From: an uncultured Gammaproteobacteria bacterium
GTDB lineage: Bacteria > Patescibacteriota > Microgenomatia > Levybacterales > UBA12049
Direction: 5' to 3'
Length of the DNA stretch: 64,000 nt
Assembly: GCA_964408485.1 (NCBI GenBank)
Contig: CAYOZJ010000004.1
Span: forward strand, 8,685 to 72,684
Shown: piece after piece, positions 56,992 through 64,000 of the stretch
How positions within the stretch are numbered: position 1 is the first letter of the stretch
How the letters are laid out: every line of letters begins with the position of its first letter
Notes under the pieces: model-generated
Told to the model about the DNA's origin: nothing
The model's input: the letters and a program-made list of their open reading frames with translations, nothing else
Databases searched by the model: none
Program-made: the position numbers and the translations under genes

Positions 56992-58674
56992 ATGAAAAAA
57001 GATACACAATGGGAAGTCCTTACAAAATCTCAAATACCAAATCTCAACCCTGAAAAGCTTCTTGAAATTCTTCTTCAGAATAGAGGATTAACAACAAAAA
57101 AAGACCAAGATGCATTTCTCCATCCAGATTTAGGATCTGTTACGACAGAGTCCGTTGGCATAAATAAAAAAAATCTCACGAAAGCTCTCTCTCGAATTCA
57201 TGGAGCTATAGAAAAGAAACAGGAGATTATTGTATTTGGTGATTATGATGTCGACGGAATTGCCGGGACAGCAATCCTTTGGGAAACACTTAATGCAATG
57301 GGAGCAAAGGTTATTCCCTATATTCCATCTCGGACAGAAGAAGGATATGGTTTGTCCATTGTTGGCATTAACAATATTCTAGAGAAAAATCCAAAGATAA
57401 AATTAATTATTACCGTTGATAATGGTATTGTTGCTAATGATGCTGTGGATTTTGCAGCCACAAAAGGAATAGAGGTAATTCTTACCGATCATCATGTACC
57501 AAGTGATAATTTGCCAAAGGCATACACTATTGTACATACAACTTCGCTTTGTGGGACAAGCGTAGCGTATATGCTTTCTATTGCATTAGGATCAACGAAT
57601 ACAGATCATTTAGCACTTGTTGCATTAGCAACAGTTGCAGATTTGGTCCCTCTGACAAATGGAAATAGAATTTTATTAACTGAAGGACTAAAGGTGCTTC
57701 GTACTACTAAGCGTCCTGGTATTCTGGCACTTTGTGAAGATGCACAAATTCGACAAGGTGATATCGATGTGTATGCAATAGGACATATTCTTGCTCCTCG
57801 TCTTAATGCAATGGGAAGAATTGCATCTGCGATGGATTCACTTCGCCTTCTTTGTACAAAAGATAGAATGCGGGCAAAGGCACTTGCAGAAAAATTGGGA
57901 ATAACCAATAGAGAAAGACAAGAGATGACAAAAAGTCTATCGCTGCATGCAATAGAAGAAGTAAAAAACGGCAAAGCGAAGCTTTCTGATTTACTTGTTG
58001 TGTACGACGAAATATACGATGAGGGAGTAATTGGACTTGTTGCAGGGAGGTTGGTTGAGCAGTTTTACCGTCCATCAATTGTTTTATCTGTTGGCAAATC
58101 TATAAGTAAAGCGTCAGCAAGAAGTGTCAGTGGATTTAATATTGTTGAGTTTATTCGTTCGGCTTCCCACCTACTTATTAATGCAGGGGGCCATCCTATG
58201 GCAGCAGGATTCACTATCTATACAGAAAAGATTGCCGAATTAGAAAGCCATTTTGCAGAGAAGTTAAAAGAATATATTACTGAGGAGTTATTTATTAGAA
58301 CAATAAAGATTGATTGTGAGTTACCCTTGCAGTTTGTCACTCAAGAACTCTACGAGAGTATTCAAGCTTTGGCGCCTTTTGGTATGGGAAATTCTGAGCC
58401 AACGTTTGTTGGAGAAGCAAAAATAGTTTCAATACGGCAGGTTGGGAAAGATAAAAATCATTTGTCTATGCAGTTTGCACCTCTTCCTTCAAGCAAAGAG
58501 AAAAGTTCTCGTGATGTTCGAACAATAAATTCCATTGCTTTTGGAATGGGGGATAGAATGAGTGAATTTAAGACAGGAGATAGTGTGGGAATTGTCTATA
58601 TCATAGATGAGAATGAATGGAATAATAGGAAAAGTTTACAATTGAAGATAAGAGATATAAAACTTATTGTCTAA
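56992..58674 (+). CDS. recJ: Single-stranded DNA exonuclease RecJ
   Basis: GDYDVDG, TVDNG, TDHH, PRLNA, GGHPMAAG, PFGMGN. Confidence 0.95.
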   Translation: MKKDTQWEVLTKSQIPNLNPEKLLEILLQNRGLTTKKDQDAFLHPDLGSVTTESVGINKKNLTKALSRIHGAIEKKQEIIVFGDYDVDGIAGTAILWETLNAMGAKVIPYIPSRTEEGYGLSIVGINNILEKNPKIKLIITVDNGIVANDAVDFAATKGIEVILTDHHVPSDNLPKAYTIVHTTSLCGTSVAYMLSIALGSTNTDHLALVALATVADLVPLTNGNRILLTEGLKVLRTTKRPGILALCEDAQIRQGDIDVYAIGHILAPRLNAMGRIASAMDSLRLLCTKDRMRAKALAEKLGITNRERQEMTKSLSLHAIEEVKNGKAKLSDLLVVYDEIYDEGVIGLVAGRLVEQFYRPSIVLSVGKSISKASARSVSGFNIVEFIRSASHLLINAGGHPMAAGFTIYTEKIAELESHFAEKLKEYITEELFIRTIKIDCELPLQFVTQELYESIQALAPFGMGNSEPTFVGEAKIVSIRQVGKDKNHLSMQFAPLPSSKEKSSRDVRTINSIAFGMGDRMSEFKTGDSVGIVYIIDENEWNNRKSLQLKIRDIKLIV

Positions 58675-58900
58675 AACCTTCTCTTCGAGATGGTATTCCG
58701 TGAAATCGTTTCATTGCCCTACTCATTTCTGCTTGTTGTACATTTTGTCTTTGATGTTTTGGTTTACGAGAAGGATTTTGTTTTGAAGATGATCCATTTG
58801 TAACCTTTCTTTCAGTTTTTCCCTGACGACTAGTATTCTTAAAAAGAATTACATCAGAAATGTTTGGAAGATATTTTTGTAAAACATTTCTTTCTAGCAT
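58664..58900 (-). CDS. Hypothetical basic protein
   Basis: 78-aa ORF with TATAAT upstream. Confidence 0.4.
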   Translation of the reverse strand: MLERNVLQKYLPNISDVILFKNTSRQGKTERKVTNGSSSKQNPSRKPKHQRQNVQQAEMSRAMKRFHGIPSRREGFRQ

Positions 58901-58993
58901 AGTAGCAGCATTATAATAAATTCTTTTTAAGAAATCAAAAAATTAAGCGGTAAGATAATCTCCTACCGCCTATTTAGTCCTTAGCAATAAATA

Positions 58994-59152
58994 CTAATTG
59001 CCACTACCGTTACGGCTTCGTTGGCCTTTTTGTTGCAGACGTGCCCATCTTGTTCTTGGATCAGGTGCTGCATCTGTTCTATATTTCTTTTTAAGTTCAA
59101 CCTGTTGAGCTGTTCTTGGATCAACTGATTGATCTGCTTCACTTGTTTGCAT
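58994..59152 (-). CDS. 52-aa hypothetical protein
   Basis: Strong SD GGGGGTGA; MQTSEADQSVDPRT...DPRT...GN; hairpin downstream near 58945-58972. Confidence 0.6.
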   Translation of the reverse strand: MQTSEADQSVDPRTAQQVELKKKYRTDAAPDPRTRWARLQQKGQRSRNGSGN

Positions 59153-59412
59153 ATTTTTTCACCCCCTTTCTTTTAGTATTTTCTTTCATAGTTTTGTTTA
59201 CTTGACTTCTTTTAGACATATTTCAACCATAAAAAATCTCCCTATATCTAAAGGGAGATTGTACGCACTTTTTACGCCAGATCTCCCCCTATTGAATAGG
59301 AAGATTACAAATGTAAATAAAGTGTCGGACGGAATTTGTCATATGACTACTTTATCATACCAAAGTTAGAAAACCCTTGTCAACAGGGTATTTAACCAGG
59401 TACAATAGCCAC

Positions 59413-60768
59413 ATGGCCCGAACACTTATTTTAAATACAACAAAAGAAGTTGGAAAAGATGTAACCGTTGTCGGTTGGATTCAAACAGTCAGAAAGCACG
59501 GCAAAATCGCATTTTTTGATTTGTATGATCGATCAGCCCTTTTGCAAGTTGTTGCAGTAGATTCTGGTGTTTTGGAAACAGTCAATAAGCTCGAGCAGCG
59601 AGCAGCAGTAAAGGTGAAGGGACATGTAAAAGAACGAGGAGAAAAATATATTAATCCTGATTTGCCAACTGGGAAGGTAGAGCTAGAGGCAACGGATGTG
59701 GAAATTCTTTCTTTGCCTGAAGCATTACCATTTGATATGGGGGGAAAAGAGCTAAATCTTGAGCTCCCAACACTTCTTGATTATCGTTCGCTTACTCTCA
59801 AACATGAAACACAGCGAGATATCTTTATTATCCAAGCAGCAATTGCTGAGGAATTTAGAAAAGCGGCAGAAAGCCTTGGCTGTATAGAAATTTTTGTTCC
59901 AACAATTGTTGCTGGTGCAACAGAAGGCGGAGCAGAGGTTTTCTCTTTGGATTATTTTGACAGAAAAGCATACATGTCTCAAAGTCCACAATTGTATAAG
60001 CAGATGATGGTTGGGGTATTCGAACGTGTTTTTACAATTGCTAAAGCATACCGAGCAGAGCCATCTGTAACAACACGCCATTTAACAGAAGCAACGCAAA
60101 TGGATGTTGAAATTGCATTTATAGAAAGTTTTGACGAGCTGTTGGATGCATTAGAATCTGTTGGCACCAGTGTTATCGCAAAAGTTGCAGAGAGATTTCC
60201 AAAAATTCTCCAAGCATTTGGTGTAGAAAACCCTCTCACCGGCAACGTGCCGCGGCTCACTCTTCGAGAGGCTCAAGAAATAGTTACAAAACGGACAGGA
60301 CGGGATTTGTCAAAAGAAAAAGATCTTAATCCGGAAGATGAGAAAGAGATTTGTCAGTGGGCAAAAGAAGAAAGAAAGTCTGATTTTGTTACCATTACCC
60401 ATTTTCCTATGGAGAAAAAACCATTTTATACCCATCCAGATCCAGAAAATCCGGAATACAGTTTGTCCTACGATCTTCTATTTAGAGGGCTGGAAGTGCT
60501 TAGCGGTAGTAGGCGTGTCGATAACTATGACTTATTGGTTAAGCAAATGAAGGATAAAAAGGTAAATCCGGAAAGTTTTCGTATGTATTTAATGGCATTT
60601 AAATACGGTATGCCCCCGGAAGGCGGATTTTCTTTTGGGCTCGAAAGACTTACAATGAAATTACTCGAATTATCCAATGTGCGAGAAGCATCACTTTTCC
60701 CACGAGATATGGAGCGAATTGATGAAAGACTTTCTGTTCTTTATAAAAACTCAGACGGTAAAAAATAA
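59413..60768 (+). CDS. aspS: Aspartate--tRNA ligase, short (archaeal-like, probably non-discriminating) type
   Basis: OB fold, ATEGGA, QSPQLYKQ, YRAE, GMPPEGG...GLERL, FPRD. Confidence 0.9.
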   Translation: MARTLILNTTKEVGKDVTVVGWIQTVRKHGKIAFFDLYDRSALLQVVAVDSGVLETVNKLEQRAAVKVKGHVKERGEKYINPDLPTGKVELEATDVEILSLPEALPFDMGGKELNLELPTLLDYRSLTLKHETQRDIFIIQAAIAEEFRKAAESLGCIEIFVPTIVAGATEGGAEVFSLDYFDRKAYMSQSPQLYKQMMVGVFERVFTIAKAYRAEPSVTTRHLTEATQMDVEIAFIESFDELLDALESVGTSVIAKVAERFPKILQAFGVENPLTGNVPRLTLREAQEIVTKRTGRDLSKEKDLNPEDEKEICQWAKEERKSDFVTITHFPMEKKPFYTHPDPENPEYSLSYDLLFRGLEVLSGSRRVDNYDLLVKQMKDKKVNPESFRMYLMAFKYGMPPEGGFSFGLERLTMKLLELSNVREASLFPRDMERIDERLSVLYKNSDGKK

Positions 60769-61678
60769 AGTCCTTTTCCTTAGGTCTCATACAATCCTTT
60801 TTTATTTGTCTCTTTGTCTTATTCCCGTTATTCTTTTTTTGCTGTCATACGTAACAGGTGTATTTGCCAACAATCTTGCCCCGAAATCAGATCCACAATC
60901 TATTGTAAAAGCAGCAGATTATCCATTGCTTGAGCGCGCATTTTCTCCAATTGTTACGGCAAATGCTGCGTACATTTTAGACAATACGTCAAAGGTTGTT
61001 TTATTTGCTAAAAATGACCAATTACGATTCTCTCCTGCATCAACAACAAAAATCATGACTGCGCTTGTTGCTTTGGATTATTATAAACTGGATGACACGA
61101 TTTCTATAAAACGGTCAGGGGTCGAGCCTGTTGTTGTAGGATTTCCTTTGGGAGATAAAGCGTCATTTCAGGATATGCTGTATGCAATGCTTGTCCCATC
61201 AGGCAATGACGTTGCCTTTGCCATTGCAGATAATTATCCTGGAGGTGAAAAAGCATTTGTCGAGCAAATGAATAAAAAAGCAAAGCTTCTCCATTTAGAT
61301 AATACCCATTTTGGCGACCCTGTAGGACTTGATGATACCAATGACTATACAACAGTACGAGATATGGCACTTCTTGCGTCCTTTGCAATGAATCATCCAC
61401 TACTGTCTAAAATTGTTGGGACAAAAGAAAAAATAATTACTGATGCACTAGGTCAAAAATACGATTTGAAAACAACAAATAAATTACTTGGTTTGTACGG
61501 TGTAAATGGTGTAAAGACAGGATATACAGGAGAAGCAGGAGAAGTGCTCGTAACATCTGCTGTTATTCATGACCACACATTTATTACGGTTGTTATGAAG
61601 TCAGATGATCGATTTGCAGATACAGAAAAATTATTACAGCTTTTACAAAACGTTACTTTCGTACCCATTCGTCCGTGA
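60677..61678 (+). CDS. D-alanyl-D-alanine carboxypeptidase (peptidase S11); start uncertain
   Basis: PASTTK, SGND, KTG motifs. Confidence 0.88.
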   Translation: MCEKHHFSHEIWSELMKDFLFFIKTQTVKNKVLFLRSHTILFYLSLCLIPVILFLLSYVTGVFANNLAPKSDPQSIVKAADYPLLERAFSPIVTANAAYILDNTSKVVLFAKNDQLRFSPASTTKIMTALVALDYYKLDDTISIKRSGVEPVVVGFPLGDKASFQDMLYAMLVPSGNDVAFAIADNYPGGEKAFVEQMNKKAKLLHLDNTHFGDPVGLDDTNDYTTVRDMALLASFAMNHPLLSKIVGTKEKIITDALGQKYDLKTTNKLLGLYGVNGVKTGYTGEAGEVLVTSAVIHDHTFITVVMKSDDRFADTEKLLQLLQNVTFVPIRP

Positions 61679-62702
61679 GAGCAGCAATATACGCATAAAA
61701 TCCTTTATTTCCTTGAAATACAATAATTGGCCAAAGATACTGCTGAGATGTTGGATCTATAAAATATCCTAATGTAACATCGGTAATAGTAATATTTGTT
61801 TCTCCTGTTGGATTAGCGGCAATATACCCTTTTCCATCTTTTAATTCCGCAAAAGCCTGAGACGCACTTTTAATAGGATATGTTGCTTTATCGCTTGTAG
61901 TACTTCTGTGATAATATTGTGCTTCAATCAGTTGCGGGAAATCAGTTACCCCGGATGCAATAAGTGAATAAATAAGTGACTCAGCGGGGTTAACTCCAAA
62001 CACTGGAATTTTATCTATGTCTTTGGGGAAATAATCTACTCGAATCACTTGTGCATTGGATAGACTTGATGCGGGCTGTAGTCCACCTGGTCCAATAGAA
62101 AGAAGTGTTGTTTTAGTTTTGTTATCGTCAATAGAATTAGGAAGCGGCATAAATTTATCAAAGAATGTTTTACTAAATGTCCGTGCTGTTGCTTCGTCTG
62201 GCATATTTGCTGCATCTGTAACTGTTGTGTCATTTCTATATTGACTGGTTAGAGTAAAGTCAAATGACTGAATGTCCATATCAAGCGTTGAGGGTAATGG
62301 ATCAGTTTTGGTCCAGCGGTATGCAGTATCTGAAAGAGCAATGGGAGTGTTAGCAAATCCACCTGCTGCGGCGATATCCTTTGCTTTATCAAGTCCGAGT
62401 AAATTCGGTGTTGGCTGTTGCAACTTATATACATTCATACGGTCAGGTAGTGTAGGGAGACTTCCTGAAAGAGTATTAACTGTATACGAGTAATTTTTAT
62501 TATCTAAATTTTGAGGAAAGCTTACTAATGCAATTTTTCCAAATGCTACTGTTGGTGCTGGAAGAGGTGTTGGAGCAATAAGTTCTTTAACAAATGCGCC
62601 GACCTTAAAAAGGACAAAAAGTAACACAATTGCCGCGATACCAATTCCACCGATTTCAGCAATTTTTCTTGTAAGATCACTTACCTTGGACAGGGTAGCC
62701 AT
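61653..62702 (-). CDS. Hypothetical membrane-anchored exported protein
   Basis: N-terminal TM from ATG 62702, TATACT 6 nt upstream. Confidence 0.7.
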   Translation of the reverse strand: MATLSKVSDLTRKIAEIGGIGIAAIVLLFVLFKVGAFVKELIAPTPLPAPTVAFGKIALVSFPQNLDNKNYSYTVNTLSGSLPTLPDRMNVYKLQQPTPNLLGLDKAKDIAAAGGFANTPIALSDTAYRWTKTDPLPSTLDMDIQSFDFTLTSQYRNDTTVTDAANMPDEATARTFSKTFFDKFMPLPNSIDDNKTKTTLLSIGPGGLQPASSLSNAQVIRVDYFPKDIDKIPVFGVNPAESLIYSLIASGVTDFPQLIEAQYYHRSTTSDKATYPIKSASQAFAELKDGKGYIAANPTGETNITITDVTLGYFIDPTSQQYLWPIIVFQGNKGFYAYIAALTDEWVRK

Positions 62703-62810
62703 ATATTGAGTATAGCCAGGATTTGGACTACAATGCAAGACAGGTACCAGACGGTACCTGTCGCAGGTAGGTATAGAATTGTACCTACCAAGAAAGGATT
62801 TAACAAAATT

Positions 62811-64000
62811 ATGAAACAAGTCAGAGTCCGTATGGCGCCAAGTCCCACAGGGGAATATCACATTGGGCATATTAGGACCGTTTTGTATAACTGGGCATTT
62901 GCTAAGCAACAAAAAGGTGTCTTTATTATGCGTATTGAAGACACTGACAGAACGCGATATATAGAGGGAGCAATTGATAGGATTCTTGATGTTGTTGTAG
63001 ATTATGGATTCGACTGGAATGAAGGTCCACGTGTTGGTGGAGATTACGGGCCATATATTCAGTCAGAGCGATTAGATTTATATAAAAAATATGCACGTGA
63101 GTTAGTAGAAAAAAAAGCTGCATATTATTGCTTCTGTACAGCCGAACGGTTGGAGAAAATGCGTGAAGAGCAAAAAGCAAAAAAACTTATTCCAAAATAT
63201 GACAAATTATGCCTTTCACTTACACCAGAAGAGGTACAGAAAAATCTTGATGAGGCTACGCCATATGTTATCCGACTTAATGTACTACCAGGAAAGATAA
63301 TACATTTTCACGATGTAGTCTTTGGTGATGTAGCAGTTAACTCCGATGATATAGATGATCAGGTTCTTTTAAAATCAGATGGATTTCCTACATATCACTT
63401 GGGTGTTGTTGTCGATGACCACTTAATGGGAATAACGCATGTCATGCGAGGAAATGATTGGATTCCATCTACTCCAAAGCATGTTATTCTTTACGACGCA
63501 TTTGGCTGGGAGTTGCCTGTCTATGCACATTTGCCAAATTTAAAAGAATTAGGTGCTTTAAAAAAATTATCCAAACGATTTGGACCCGTGTCTGCGAGGG
63601 AGTTTTTAGACGCAGGATATTTGCCTGAAGCGCTTGTTAATTTTCTTATGTTTTTGGGGTGGAATCCGGGTACAGAAAAGGAAATCTATTCTCTAGATGA
63701 ATTTATTCGTGACTTTGATATTAAGAAAATTCACAAAACAGACTTAGTCTCTTTTGATAGGCAAAAATTGGATTGGATCAATGGATATTATATCCAACAC
63801 ATGGAGGATAGTGTTCTTTTAGAAAAATTAAAAACATATTATAAAAACGATACAGAAGTAATAAAAATTCTTGGTGACTCAGAAAAATTGCCACTTATTT
63901 CTCTTGCCAAAACAAGAATGAAAATTCTCTCTGAATTTAAAGATTTAGTATTATGGACAAAAGCAGATTTAACAACAGACGAAAAAGAAGTAGCTCAGAT
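62811..64000 (+). CDS. gltX: Glutamate--tRNA ligase, runs off the window end
   Basis: RMAPSPTG, HIGH, RIEDTD, KSDGFPTYH, KLSKR. Confidence 0.96.
   Translation, partial: MKQVRVRMAPSPTGEYHIGHIRTVLYNWAFAKQQKGVFIMRIEDTDRTRYIEGAIDRILDVVVDYGFDWNEGPRVGGDYGPYIQSERLDLYKKYARELVEKKAAYYCFCTAERLEKMREEQKAKKLIPKYDKLCLSLTPEEVQKNLDEATPYVIRLNVLPGKIIHFHDVVFGDVAVNSDDIDDQVLLKSDGFPTYHLGVVVDDHLMGITHVMRGNDWIPSTPKHVILYDAFGWELPVYAHLPNLKELGALKKLSKRFGPVSAREFLDAGYLPEALVNFLMFLGWNPGTEKEIYSLDEFIRDFDIKKIHKTDLVSFDRQKLDWINGYYIQHMEDSVLLEKLKTYYKNDTEVIKILGDSEKLPLISLAKTRMKILSEFKDLVLWTKADLTTDEKEVAQ

Overview
AT-rich bacterial chromosome segment (genetic code 11). Gene content and style suggest Patescibacteria/CPR, probably Microgenomates (inference). 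Housekeeping genes include serS, secA, mgtA, uppP, prfB, ftsEX, tsaE/C/B, an rml/ugd/gmd sugar-nucleotide cluster, secD/secF, cca, recJ, aspS and a partial gltX. I found no rRNA, tRNA, CRISPR array or full transposase. Main observations: (1) a leaderless Ser5 leader peptide with a terminator/antiterminator upstream of serS; (2) many miniature palindromic elements, including a GIY-YIG gene flanked by arms that also occur as ORF-less copies, inverted 7-nt-period arrays around a four-helix-bundle gene and elsewhere, and a modular hairpin cassette with fixed module order found only inside other repeats; (3) in-frame copies of these repeats in coding genes, including inside the CDP-alcohol phosphotransferase motif of a HAD fusion protein; (4) two candidate structured RNAs; (5) widespread apparent leaderless transcription and several small ORFs missed by the ORF track. 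Family assignments come from motifs read by eye, not database searches.
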